From: Rhodosorus marinus CCMP1338
Taxonomy: Eukaryota; Plantae; Rhodophyta
Reading direction: 5' to 3'
DNA: 64,000 nucleotides
Assembly: GCA_029953675.1 (NCBI GenBank)
Contig: JAMWBK010000002.1
Location: 3,410,001 to 3,474,000, forward strand
Position 1 is the stretch's first letter. Each line of letters opens with the position of its first letter. Under the pieces are notes generated by a model. It was not told the origin of the DNA. It ran no database searches and worked only from the letters and a program-made list of their open reading frames with translations. Positions 12,061 to 23,707 of this stretch are shown here, piece by piece. The translations under genes and the position numbers were made by a program.

Positions 12061-14676
12061 CTAGTCCAGGTCATCATGGGTCGCTGCAGAACCAGCTACG
12101 ACCTCAGCGCCGTTAGCGGTTTCGTTTGTCTCATCGAGCTGTCCGTGTCCTCCACCTGCACCTGCACCCTCGCTGTCTTCCCCCTCGCGTTGTTGTCTAA
12201 AACTTTTCCTCGGTGAGTCCCTAACGCTTCTTGCGTCCTTCCTCTTCCTTGAGGAGTTAACTCGGTCTGTTTCGGTCTGGTCGTCCGAGTGTTTCAGCCC
12301 TGCTTCTCGGTTTCCTGGAACCACGAACTTCTTGAAGGATTCTTCTATGGGTTTCTTGACCTTCAGGTAGCAGTCGCGCTGTTGCGCGTTCTCAATGACC
12401 TTTCTCCAATGCTCATTAGTTCGCAGAGTCCTCGCCGAACCAATGATCCAAAGAGCAAAGCGCGCCCGAGTTAATGCGACGTTCATTCTCCTCTCGTCTG
12501 CTAGAAACCCCACACCATGATATTTCCTGGCTCGTACGCATGAGAATATGACTATGTCTTTCTCTCTTCCCTGAAACCCGTCGATCGAGTTGATGTCCAG
12601 CTGCTTGAACTCATCGCGTTCCAGGGATTTCTTGAAGCGGTTCTGGATCTCGGTAACCTGCCCTTTGTACGGAGTGATAATCCCGACCGTCGATGGAGGT
12701 ACCTGCGGGAATTGTTTTCTCAGTTGCTCGTACAAAACCAAGGAAAGTTCAGCCTCGTCAGTGTTTCTCCAACTCCTTGTCGTCGACGATTCCGATTCAT
12801 GAGATCCGTGCATATCGTAGAATAAGTATGGACCGAAGCACCGCATAGAATAGTATGGATGTTTCTCCAGAAGCGATTCCCTACTGGCGCACATCAGTTC
12901 TTCCGCATTGACAAGCTTGTTCATATAGAACCTCTCCGCGGGGTATGTGGAAATCGCTGGGTGCATTCGATATTGTGTCCGCAAAAACCAGACTGGGAAT
13001 CCGCACTCCTGAAGCCGGTGAAATAAAGATACGTCGTAACCGTGGTCGATAGAGACCCGGGAGAGGACGGTCGCTGGTAGCTGAGCCACGTCACCTACCA
13101 TGATTAACCTCTGACAACCATACTTAACCGGAATTAGCGTGGATAGCTCGATGGCTTGCGCGGCTTCGTCGATAATCACTGTATCAAAATTGATGCCAAT
13201 GTGGGAAAAGAGTGGTGTTCCTGCAGAGGACAAAGTGCAAAACACGACTGAAGCTTCCCAGAGAACGCTCTTCCGCGCCTCGTCCCGCGCAACCTGGCCT
13301 AGTTGCGGTTCTCTTTTCCCGTTCCCAGCCTCTCCCAGCCTTTTTTCCACTAGATACGGCAGTGATATTGATTCAAGCCTTGGATGCACATTCGGGCCAA
13401 CTCGAACTGCTGGTGGATGTAAGAGCAGCTGTCTCTCTGCGGAACCACCTGGAAGACCAGATTCTAGCATCCTTATCGCAATCTCGTCTATAGCAGCATT
13501 CGACGGTGCACAGACGAGGACGCGCTTCACTGCGACGCCGCCATCTCTGGCGCCTAAATCAAGGGGCTTCGTTTTCACAGCTGTGGTACTTCCCGGTCTT
13601 CTCCATGGACTGGTAGCTCTCCACACAGGTGTTTTGTCCGCCGTCCTCAGGTCTTCGGCTACAGACTTCGTTCCTTCCTGCAGCAAACTCTGCGGCATCT
13701 TCAGACCAAGGCTCTTTACACCCAAACCTCGAGAAGAAATTGCTTCAAATCTTCCTCGTAGACTTGCAGAGTTCTCCGGATGCGATGAGCCACTAGAGTT
13801 CAGCAAGACGGAGAGGAGGCCAAGGATTGTTTTCGTCTTCCCGGTACCAGGTGGACCTTGGATCAGAGTAATTGTGCCCCGCAGTGCGGCTTCAAGAGCT
13901 CGCCATTGAGATTCATTATACTCCTTTCTCATTTCCCCTTCCAAATCCTTTGGCACGTGTAACGGGAGTCTATTGTCCGGCGCCGGGTCCGACTTGAGCA
14001 TTGTGTGCAGGAGGTTGGAAGGTAAATTTTCGACTGACTGGAGAGCTTGATACTCGCGCTGCGCGGTAACCAGACTACACAGCTTCGTGACGGACCATGA
14101 AGAGCCAGGCACTGCAGCATAGCCAAGTTTTTCGCGCCCATCTTCAGAGGAAGTATACACACCATCGCCGCGATTGGTTCCTCCTCCAGGAACGCGTACA
14201 ATCCACCGAAGTTTGCTGTCCTCGTGGACAAGGTCCTTGCTAAGGACCTTGTCCACGATACCGAGCGTATGCAATCTCTGGTCCGGACTCGATGGCCCCT
14301 CACCCGAGATCAGCACTAGATCGCCCTGCACGACCCATTCTCGGCTTTTAATCGGGATATCATTGGCGAGTTCAAGCGTTAACAGGATCCGCGCGGCCTG
14401 CTTGGTAAACTTCGCGTCAGCAATCCGCATTTGCCTTGTATGTTCCTTGCTGTCAGGTCTGCGATCGATTCCACGTTCCTCTCTGGCACGCAAGATCGTG
14501 GCTCGAACTTCTTCGAAAAGGAGTGGATCCATAATCGAAGCATAATCAGCGACCGAATTGTACCTAAGGGAAACTTTCTGCCCTCGGTAGTGCTCCACGT
14601 TGGATCGAATTTCGTAGTAGTTCCACGTCATGATTTCATCATGAAACCCATCCAACGAAGGCAGCATGGAACCCAT
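12061..14676 (-). CDS. Sen1/senataxin-like SF1 (Upf1-like) RNA/DNA helicase, without the long Sen1 N-terminal domain
   Basis: Motifs LIQGPPGTGKTKTI, VLVCAPSNAAIDE, IIDEAAQA, VGDVAQLPAT, QYRMHPAI, IDGFQGREKD and RRMNVALTRAR. Confidence 0.92.
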   Translation of the reverse strand: MGSMLPSLDGFHDEIMTWNYYEIRSNVEHYRGQKVSLRYNSVADYASIMDPLLFEEVRATILRAREERGIDRRPDSKEHTRQMRIADAKFTKQAARILLTLELANDIPIKSREWVVQGDLVLISGEGPSSPDQRLHTLGIVDKVLSKDLVHEDSKLRWIVRVPGGGTNRGDGVYTSSEDGREKLGYAAVPGSSWSVTKLCSLVTAQREYQALQSVENLPSNLLHTMLKSDPAPDNRLPLHVPKDLEGEMRKEYNESQWRALEAALRGTITLIQGPPGTGKTKTILGLLSVLLNSSGSSHPENSASLRGRFEAISSRGLGVKSLGLKMPQSLLQEGTKSVAEDLRTADKTPVWRATSPWRRPGSTTAVKTKPLDLGARDGGVAVKRVLVCAPSNAAIDEIAIRMLESGLPGGSAERQLLLHPPAVRVGPNVHPRLESISLPYLVEKRLGEAGNGKREPQLGQVARDEARKSVLWEASVVFCTLSSAGTPLFSHIGINFDTVIIDEAAQAIELSTLIPVKYGCQRLIMVGDVAQLPATVLSRVSIDHGYDVSLFHRLQECGFPVWFLRTQYRMHPAISTYPAERFYMNKLVNAEELMCASRESLLEKHPYYSMRCFGPYLFYDMHGSHESESSTTRSWRNTDEAELSLVLYEQLRKQFPQVPPSTVGIITPYKGQVTEIQNRFKKSLERDEFKQLDINSIDGFQGREKDIVIFSCVRARKYHGVGFLADERRMNVALTRARFALWIIGSARTLRTNEHWRKVIENAQQRDCYLKVKKPIEESFKKFVVPGNREAGLKHSDDQTETDRVNSSRKRKDARSVRDSPRKSFRQQREGEDSEGAGAGGGHGQLDETNETANGAEVVAGSAATHDDLD

Positions 14677-15811
14677 TGCTCACATCTTGCTCTAAACTCT
14701 TCCAAGCAAGGCATACACAGCCAATAGATCTCATCCGCGCATCGACGCCCTTGTAATCACTCTTCATCCACAACCTGACCAATCAACGTCACTTCTAGGC
14801 CATTCCGAAACTGAGCCAAACGGATAACAATGAGGGTTGGCTGCCGTCTTCACCATACAATAACGTATGCGGCAATCTCCAAAGCAAGAGTTGGTTTGCA
14901 TTTTAGCCATCTCTCAGTGAAGTGTTGGATAGAGTGCCATTACCGAGTGTCATGGTATCTGGTTGTGCTCGAGAGCTTGCATGCTGTCCATTTCGAAGTG
15001 GGACGTTACAGCTCTGACTTGACTGCCACGAACCTTAGAGCCATGCCCGTTTGTTAAAGGGGGAGCATTCTATAGCACGGCCTATCTCACGTTTTCCACC
15101 TGGGCTAGATTTCGTTCCCACGCAACCTGGACCCTGGCTCTTAGCTATGTTTGATATCTAAAGCAATCACGGCAGCCTATGAAGGCCTCGCACTCACGGG
15201 GAAGCATGTCGCGGGGAAAAGCCAGGCAGGCTTTAGTTCCAAGAAGCCGCAGGTGTTCAGTTCGGTCGCGTGCGTTCACCATTTTTCGTGAGGCCCGGGA
15301 TGCAACCATCGAGTGACTCACTCATCCGTCGTTTCACAAGGGACAAACAGAACTAACGGAAGCAACATACAAGCTCAAATAACGGGTATTCTAGTTTTTC
15401 ACCAGAACTCGAAGGAGAGTGGTCCGCCTATCAAGAAAAAAGTCCTAAAAGATGAGACTATTATTCACAAGCAAATACTGGATTTCTTGACCGGACTCGA
15501 GCCTTTGCTGCAATAAGTTCTCAGGGGAGGAATCGGTCTTACTAAGAATCTTATGGCGTTGTAACTTCACAAAGTGAATGCGGAGTTGTCCCGCGAAGGT
15601 GGGCGCTGGGGCGCGTATATTTCACACATGGCAGTACGGTGATAGAGTCGGCTTGCTACAATCTTGGATGTACTGGGTTGGTTAGGCGGAAGCTGAAACG
15701 GGTTATATTGGGCTAGTTTTCTGTGTTTTTTTTTTTTTTTTGGACGGACTTCTGTTTCTTTGTTTTTGTAGGAGGCGGCTTTGAAGTCGGCCATCGTTAG
15801 ACTGAGGAAAG

Positions 15812-18262
15812 ATGAGGATTATGATAAAAGGTGGTGTGTGGAAAAATAGCGAGGATGAGATCCTCAAAGCTGCCGTGATGAAGTATGGTAAGAATCAGTG
15901 GGCAAGAATTTCTTCGTTGTTGGTGAGAAAGTCTGCGAAACAGTGCAAGGCCAGATGGTACGAATGGTTGGATCCGAGTATCAAGAAGACGGAATGGACG
16001 AGAGAGGAGGAAGAAAAACTCCTTCACCTGGCAAAGATTATGCCAACTCAATGGCGGACTATTGCACCCATCGTGGGAAGGACAGCTGCACAGTGCCTCG
16101 AGCACTACGAAAAACTACTGGATCAGGCTCAGAAGGCTGAGGAAGATGGACAGGCGGGCGATGCTGCGGCAGGCGAGCTTACTGGAGCTGATGACCCGAG
16201 AAAACTTAGACCCGGTGAAATCGACCCTCAGCCGGAGTCCAAACCCGCGAGACCGGATCCCATTGACATGGATGAGGACGAAAAGGAGATGCTGTCTGAA
16301 GCTCGTGCAAGACTGGCAAACACTAGAGGTAAAAAGGCTAAACGCAAGGCTCGCGAGAAGCAGCTGGAGGAGGCTAAACGCCTGGCGCATCTTCAAAAGA
16401 GGCGCGAACTGTTGGCGGCTGGAATCAAGGTCCGTACTTTCCGGAAGAGCAGAAAGGACATGGACTATACAAGGGAGATTCCCTTTGAGAAGCGGCCAGC
16501 AGCAGGGTTTTTTGACACCACCGAGGAAGATTTAAGGGCACAGAAAGAGAGACTGAACGCAAGTCAGGTTGGAAAGCTACTGGAGAAGTACGAGGGCAAG
16601 CGTCGAGATGATCAGGAGGCTCTGGAAAGGAAACGAGACGAAAAGAGAAGAAAGATTTTTGAGGAGAAGAACCTTCCACAAGCAATTGCTACTCAAGAAA
16701 AGAAGAACGAGCTACCTTTCCTGCGCTCAAAGCTCCAGTTGCCCGCACCCCAAGTTTCAGATGCTGAGTTGGAGGCTGTTACGAAGGGCGGAAATGCGTC
16801 ACGTGTTGCCGCAATAACAGCCTCTGGTGGCAGCTCGGTGACGAAGGGATTGGTGGCAGACTATACCCCCTCGGTAGCGTCCAGAACCCCGATTGCGAGA
16901 ACGGATACTGCAACGCTCTCTTGGGAGCAAGTCAAAAACAGAGAACTCGCAAATCTGAGAGCGTACCATGCATCTTCCTCAGCACTGGCTGGGGGGCAGA
17001 ATACGCCGGTCGTTGAGAGCGACTTCTCCGGAATTACTCCCAAGCGCCAAGTCTCGAGCACACCCAATCCGCTGGTCACAAAGACTCCTTCCACAGTTGC
17101 GGGAGCTTCACCCTCCCCGTCGGTTGGCACATCCGCGATGACTCCAAGGAGCATGTCCGCTCGAGATGGGTTCAGCATAAACGCGTCTGCTGAAATGGAT
17201 GCTGCCGAAAAGGCTAAATTTTCGCTGCTGAAGAGGGACGTCCTGCGGGGTCTTGATGCTCTGCCGAAACCTGTTAACGAATATAAGGTTGTTGTCGACG
17301 AGGGTACTGTAGCCGCGGACGAAGAGGAGGCGGACGCTGATGACGCTATGGTTGAGGACGCACTCGACACGGAAGAAAAAGCCAGAAGAGCAGCGGCAGA
17401 GAAGGTTGCGGATTTAAGGGAGAGATACCTTTCTACTTCAGCCAAGAAGGAACTCCCGCGCCCTGGAAAGGAGAGCGTTGCTGGATTTCTTGCTAGAACA
17501 GACGCGAGACTAGCGAATTCCTCGAGACCCTTGCAAGCACAAGGCTTGGTAGAGAACGAAGTTCTATCCATGCTGATCAGGGACGATGCGGTGCTAACTG
17601 CATTAGAAAAAGGATCTTCCGATAGTGATCGAGTACAATTCGCCGCGGGCGTTTTGGCCACAGGCGCCGAAGACGACGTCAACAAAATCAATAGAGCGAA
17701 GAAACTTGTGAAGAAAGACCTCGGTGATCTGGTTAAGACTACAAATGTGGACGCCGCTGTGGTGATTTCTGAGTTGGAAAAGTCAACGTTGGTGAAGCTC
17801 GATTCAAACAAGTACGAAACTCTCCGAGCGAGGTCGTTCCAGATCCACTGCTGCGATCGGGAGGAAACCCTTCTGACCGAACTCGTTTTCTCTGTTCCCA
17901 GGAATGCTGAGGCCATTAGTAAGGACCAGCTTGAGGACTTCGTTGAAATTTTGTCTTCTAGGTTGCAGGATACAAAGTCGAGAGTTAAGAGAATGGATCA
18001 ACACCTCGACAAGAGGGAGAAAAAAACCGAGACGCTCTATCGTGGATACGTAAAGCGGTGGGAAAAGCTCTCGGGAGAACTCTCGGAGGCTTTTGATGAA
18101 CTAGGGGAGGTGAGGGAAAAGCTTCACTGCTTCGAAAAACTTCGCGAAAACGAGGACAAGGCTGCCCCCCAGCGATTAGCCGATGCCAAAGCTCTATTCG
18201 CCGGAGAATCAGAAAGAGAAGCTGAACTTCAGGCTCGTTACAAGGGTCTCGTAGATGCTTGA
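15812..18262 (+). CDS. CDC5L: Pre-mRNA splicing factor CDC5-like (Myb repeats, NTC/Prp19 complex)
   Basis: N-terminus MRIMIKGGVWKNSEDEILKAAVMKYGKNQWARISSLLVRKSAKQCKARWYEWLDPSIKKTEW is the canonical CDC5/Cef1 start. Confidence 0.98.
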   Translation: MRIMIKGGVWKNSEDEILKAAVMKYGKNQWARISSLLVRKSAKQCKARWYEWLDPSIKKTEWTREEEEKLLHLAKIMPTQWRTIAPIVGRTAAQCLEHYEKLLDQAQKAEEDGQAGDAAAGELTGADDPRKLRPGEIDPQPESKPARPDPIDMDEDEKEMLSEARARLANTRGKKAKRKAREKQLEEAKRLAHLQKRRELLAAGIKVRTFRKSRKDMDYTREIPFEKRPAAGFFDTTEEDLRAQKERLNASQVGKLLEKYEGKRRDDQEALERKRDEKRRKIFEEKNLPQAIATQEKKNELPFLRSKLQLPAPQVSDAELEAVTKGGNASRVAAITASGGSSVTKGLVADYTPSVASRTPIARTDTATLSWEQVKNRELANLRAYHASSSALAGGQNTPVVESDFSGITPKRQVSSTPNPLVTKTPSTVAGASPSPSVGTSAMTPRSMSARDGFSINASAEMDAAEKAKFSLLKRDVLRGLDALPKPVNEYKVVVDEGTVAADEEEADADDAMVEDALDTEEKARRAAAEKVADLRERYLSTSAKKELPRPGKESVAGFLARTDARLANSSRPLQAQGLVENEVLSMLIRDDAVLTALEKGSSDSDRVQFAAGVLATGAEDDVNKINRAKKLVKKDLGDLVKTTNVDAAVVISELEKSTLVKLDSNKYETLRARSFQIHCCDREETLLTELVFSVPRNAEAISKDQLEDFVEILSSRLQDTKSRVKRMDQHLDKREKKTETLYRGYVKRWEKLSGELSEAFDELGEVREKLHCFEKLRENEDKAAPQRLADAKALFAGESEREAELQARYKGLVDA

Positions 18263-18402
18263 ATCCTTAGTGGAGCTTGAAGGCTTATTTTGTAAATAGA
18301 ATTTTACGGAACTAGTTGTACTGTGCCCCATCAGATCAGCTGCTTTGATATGCATAACACCAACTGCACTTTCGAAAGTATGCCAGCAGCTCGCTCCTTC
18401 GT

Positions 18403-18433
18403 CTGCACAGGAGCAATGCCTGCTCCTGTGCAG
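18403..18433. repeat. Perfect 13-bp inverted repeat with 5-nt loop
   Basis: CTGCACAGGAGCA-ATGCC-TGCTCCTGTGCAG. Confidence 0.85.
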
Positions 18434-19241
18434 TAGCTAAGAAAATATGAGAAGCCAGCTTTTCGTCCTTTTCGCCGTGAGCAGAGGAGTCGATTCGTTC
18501 AAGGTCAGCTTGACCGCCTAGAGCACAACTACATAGCTTCAGCTAAGTTCCGGTTTAAGTGGATCCCATGACGCCTCCTTTGTTCACCGGGGTGAACAGC
18601 TCCCAGGTTCCTTGGAGATCACCTCTTCTGCGCCAAACATCAGCCTTGCTGTACACTTACTCAATCAATCGTTCAACTTCGACAAGTCCAACGTCTGTGC
18701 GTGGCCTTCCTCTCGGAATTTGGCCTCGTCGAAATTCACCACCGTAGCCTAGGCGAATACAAGTTAATGAGCATGGAAGGTCGTCAAGTGATCTGCAACA
18801 GGACATCAACCGATCCACTGCCGACATTATAATGGAAACGAGACCGTAGGAAACATAACTCAGTTTCCGACGGCGGCAGATTTTATGCTACGGGGTTGAC
18901 AAATAGTCACGTAACCTAGGCGGTCGATTCAACCATCTTCTTCCCCAAATTGGGTGAAGATCGGACGTCGTAGAATACATACATTCCTCCTTTTTTTTCT
19001 CCGCGCACAGGTAACCCTTGCTGAGGGTGAAACTTCGCGGAGCAGCAGAAGAGGCCAGTCGCTTGTGCATGTTCGCAGAATGTAAACTATGGTCTGGATC
19101 AACATCGTAGTTGGGTTAGGATGGATGGGTATTCATGACGCACAAGTGGTTGGGTGATCGCGATCAGGCAGATTGATGAGAGTTAGACGGTGGATTTGGA
19201 TTTTCGAACAGCTGGCTTCGCCGGAGTTGGATTGGTGAAGT

Positions 19242-22200
19242 ATGGAAGCTGTAGCGAGCATGCAAGCATCTGTTGCGACTGCTGCAGCGGCCCGTTTGGG
19301 CGGCGCGCTCTCCGATGCGCAGTATTTCGAATCTGGGATGGTAAAGCCAGATGATATTCGCAAGCAGCTGGACGTAGGAACAACGAAGGATAAGCTAGAC
19401 GCAATGAAAAGAATCGTCGCTCTCATTTCGCTAGGAAAGGACGCCTCTCATTTTTATCCTTCGGTGGTTAAAAACGTTGTTGCGCAGTCCTTTGATGTGC
19501 GGAAGCTCGTGTACATGTATCTCGTACACTACGCCGAGGACAAGCCAGACCTTGCTTTGCTCGCGATAAACACGTTGCAGAAGGACCTTTCTCATCCAAG
19601 TCAGTTAATAAGGGCTCTCGCGTTAAGGGTACTTTCATCGATACGAGTCAAGACCATCCTACAAGTTGTCATTCACGGAATAACTGCGGCCACAAAAGAC
19701 TCTTCTCCGTATGTAAGAAAGACTGCAGCGAACGCGATTCCAAAGGTATTCGCCCTCGACGAGGAAACGCTAGATATACTGCTGGAACCGCTGGGAGTAC
19801 TGCTGGGTGATCGCAGCGGGATGGTCATTGGATCGGCGGTGGCAGCTCTTCAGGAGATTGCGCCGAGCCGCTACGACCTTCTACACCCGCATTTTCGTAG
19901 TCTTTGCGGGATGCTCATCGATCTGGATGAATGGAGTCAGACTATTGTGCTAAACGCTCTCCTAACATATGCCCGAGACAATCTGCGGCGACCGAGTTAC
20001 TTCCAAGAGGGTGAGGCCTTGGACGTAGTAAGCGATCTAGGAGCAGATGTAGATGATTTTGAAGGGGGAGACACTAGCACATCCTTCGATGATTATGGGG
20101 GAGGAAGTATCCCTCACGAAGCCGATGAAGTGGATCCTGATTTAAAGCTGTTGCTGTCATCCTCACGCCTGCTCTTGAAGTCGATCAACTCAGCAGTTAC
20201 CCTAAGTGTCGTTTCGATGTACTACCACCTTGCGTCACCGGCGGAGTTCAAGAATACTGCTGTACAACCTCTGATGAGGATGCTTCGGCTTGATCGATGC
20301 TCTCAGTTTCTGGCTCTGAAAAGCCTCGTTCGTGTGGTTTGGCGGTTTCCCCAGGCCGTAGCGCCTTACGCTGGAGAGTTGTTAGTGAGCTCGGCGGATG
20401 GTATTCCGGTGAGAAAGCTGAAGATGAAGGTGTTGACCTTGCTTTTGAAACGAGTATCCGGCCGAAACGCGAAGCAGCTGCACAACTTGCTCTTACCACA
20501 AATCACTAGATATGTTGATTCGCAGACAGAAATCGCTCAAGAGGCGTGCCAAGCGCTGGGCAATATTGCCACAACCAACTCCGCCCTGACTCATTCATGT
20601 GTTCGCGTCCTCACGGATGTCATCGTGTCATCTTCTTCAACTTCGGCTGTCTCAGCTGCTGAAGAGCTCAGGAAACTCCTGCAGAGGCAACCAGGGGCGT
20701 ATGAGGCTGAGCAGAGGTTGCTCGCCAAGCTCCTCGCTAAGTCCATGATAACAAAACCAGATGCTCGCGCCAGTATCATTTGGATTGTGGGTGAATTTGC
20801 TGAGAAGATCCCGGAGATAAATCCAGAAGTTCTCCGACGCCTAGTGGTCGGGTTTGGCACGGAGAGCAGGGCGGTAAAGCTCCAAACGTTGACGTTCGCA
20901 GCAAAACTAGTTGCCAGAATGAAGAAGTCAGCGAAAAGAGCCTCGGAGACAACCGAGAGTTTGGTCACGTTTGATGTCGTTGGTGATTCTCTCTCTGTAC
21001 CAACTGCTGAAAAGGATGACATCCGTGTGAAGCTCTTCCGCTACCTTCTCGATCTCGCAGGGAACGATGCCGATTTTGATGTTCGCGAACGTGCGCGGTT
21101 GCTCAAGCAAGTTTATTTCGCGCCGGATTCAAACGGTTCACAGATATTCGAGATCTACGCTGATGTTTTGCTTCGACCAAAGCCATTACCTGCGGGTACT
21201 GACGAGAACGGCGTAGGGTCGATGCCCGATATTCCCGAGGGCGCGTCGCTGGGGTCTTTGGCGGAAACTGTTGGACGTATTCCGCAGAACTTTCACCCAC
21301 TGCCGAATTGGACGGAATCACCCACCGATGCTTCTGCAAGGGACAACGGAAGAGGATCGTTGCATAAGTCCCATGTCCACTCAAACCGTTTGGAGATTCG
21401 TGGCGGTGCTATTGCCTTCGATAGCGAAAGTGAGCTCGATGAGGAAAGCAGCGAAGAAAGCGACGATGCCAGCGGAACAGAGGAGACTACAGATGATGAT
21501 GACCCAGCCTCGAAACCGCAGGACGACCCATTTGCGTTTATGCCCGCTGCAAGAAAGCTTCCAACGCTGAGGGAGGCTGCACGACAGACCCAGCCAAAGA
21601 GTCCCAAACGATCTAGCACCAAAGGCTCACCTAGCAGCAGTGCGGTACAGGGAAAAAATGCTTCGTTGTTGGAGCTTTTGTCCTCTCCAAGCCAAACGAA
21701 AAAGGCCGATGAGGTTGGAGGGTTTAATCTGATAGAGTCCTTGTCCAGTGCCAGTCCCAACAGGAGTTTGAATAGAAAAGGGGCTGGCCCCAGAAAGTGG
21801 AGGAGGCTGGTAGAAACTTGGAATTCGAATGGATTGGAAATCGACTACGGTTTTTGCAGAGTGACAAATCCACAGGCATGGAGTGAATTGCCTGTGGCAG
21901 TCAGACTCAGGAATTCAAGCGATCACGACATATTCGCTATTACCTGCAAGAGCGTTGCTTCGGGGGCTCACAAGGTCGAGGTGGGCACTATGCAAGTTGA
22001 TCAGTGCTCTCTTCTTGCTGTCATTTCATCATTTGTAGACAAATTGGAATGTGCCGTGTAGCTTCTGTTGAAACTGAACGCGGAAGTATCTTTTGCTGAA
22101 CCCTCAAAGGTGAGAGCGTTTCCGACTATCGAGAAGCTCACGCCCACTGCTGAAACTGAGGCGACCATGACTTGCGTCATAACTACTGGGAGGCCGGAGG

Positions 22201-22729
22201 CAATACCAATCCGAGTGTCTAGCAGCGTCGGATCCTGTGATGGTGAAATGCGGCCGACCCCAGGCGAAATTTTAAGACCGGACACTAGCCTCACGCTTGG
22301 ACAGTTTATGACGTTGGAGCATCAACTGGGGGGGACATTTGCAAACGAGGCAGACATTGAGGTCGAAACCACCCCTGCATTTGCTTGGCAGGTAAGGTTC
22401 GAGCCATGTCAAAACCTCAAACTGTAGAATGGCTGGACTAATGGAAAAGTTTGAGATAACCCGTGCAGGGCAAAGTGAGGGACGTGGTCGTAGAACACGC
22501 AAACGTCGCCGCGCCTTGGTCAGGTGGACAGAGACCCATGGACGAGCTTCTCCTCACTGGGCTCACCCTTGGCTCAGAGCATCCAGTGCTAATCTCAATA
22601 CGCCCCCGCGAAGATCATCAAAACCATGCAATTCTGCGGGTGAGCTGCGAGGATCTTCTTCTCGCCTCAAGTCTGCTTCAGACCTTGAAAAGCAAGCTCC
22701 TCAAGTCTACCCGAGCGGAGAAGAAGTGA
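19242..22729 (+). CDS. AP3B: AP-3 adaptor complex subunit beta, 3 exons
   Basis: Adaptin N-terminal trunk (KLDAMKRIVALISLGKDAS, VRKLVYMYLVHYAE, LIRALALRVLSSIRV), then an acidic hinge and an ear domain. Intron 22392-22468 adds the terminal exon GKVRDVVVEHANV...SLLQTLKSKLL (22469-22729), which resembles the AP3B C-terminus. Confidence 0.92.
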
Positions 22730-23707
22730 GGAGCTCAACTTGCTAATGCTCGGGCTTGACCAGCAACTCTAACAATTTCCTTAGCGTGCAGGTCCCTGTC
22801 AATAAGCATATATCAATGTCCCTCACCTTTACTATAACATGGCCTCACGGCTTTATGAGGCGTTATGAAACCGCTTCTGTAGCGCAGGAATCCACGGAAT
22901 CCTTTCCGGTATCCGAACAGCTAGGCTTTGCGAAGCAACGATAACCAATTACATGACTGACTTAGTAAACAAACAGCTTTCGTGTTCGGCTGCAACGATT
23001 CTTTAGTTCTGGACCAGTCGAGCTTGTTTCCTCAACAACGAGCGATCACCCAATGAGAAGTCCGCCAGACTTGGTAAGATGCTGGTACAGCATCTTTCGC
23101 TAGGCATTGCGGTCCATTCAGTGCTCCAGGGAAGTTTCGAACGCTCCCATTTGAAGTCAACCAATTTCGTTTTCTCTCTCCCTTGAGCGAAATCTCGTGT
23201 GGGGAAATATGAGCTAGCAAATACCGATCAAACCTATTCTAACTTCTCGTCAACGTAAAGCCGCTATTTCTTATGGACGCACGCCATGTATTGCCTAGCT
23301 TCAAGCTACTGCGGAGCACGAGAAAAGACTGGATAAAAAAAAAACTCTGTAGCTCATACTGTAATCAGAGTCCGTATTCATGGTTACGCTAACTCGGAAC
23401 TCTACACCTACTCCACGTTCCTAAGCAAACGTGGTTAAAAATTTCAGCCAGCATTGATGATTTCCTTTAGTTTTCCGACTGCCGGAAGCATCGACCAAGA
23501 AGCTGGTAACTGAATGGGTTGAATGGATCCCGTCAACCGACCGCATCGTACTTGCGATGCACCTGAATGCTTGTACGTTGGTTGTCGTTTTAACCCGCAC
23601 CGGCCGCACAAGACCTGTAGAGGAGCGGGAAGATTGCCGTTGCCTTTGGCAGAAGGCTGAAGTTTTCGAGTTAGTTTTTGGCATGTGCACGGGATTGAGC
23701 CTCGAAC

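Noticed and set aside
18440-19130. Possible small spliced minus-strand gene between CDC5 and AP3B
   Set aside because: Splice-like signals exist, but no exon combination gave a recognisable or clearly coherent protein.
22429-22746. Separate small ORFs after AP3B
   Set aside because: The 22463-22729 frame is the spliced last exon of AP3B; the other frame is a shadow.
23407-23433. 12-bp match (CTACTCCACGTT) to the TIR palindrome, with a weak hairpin
   Set aside because: Too short, and flanks do not align; compatible with chance.
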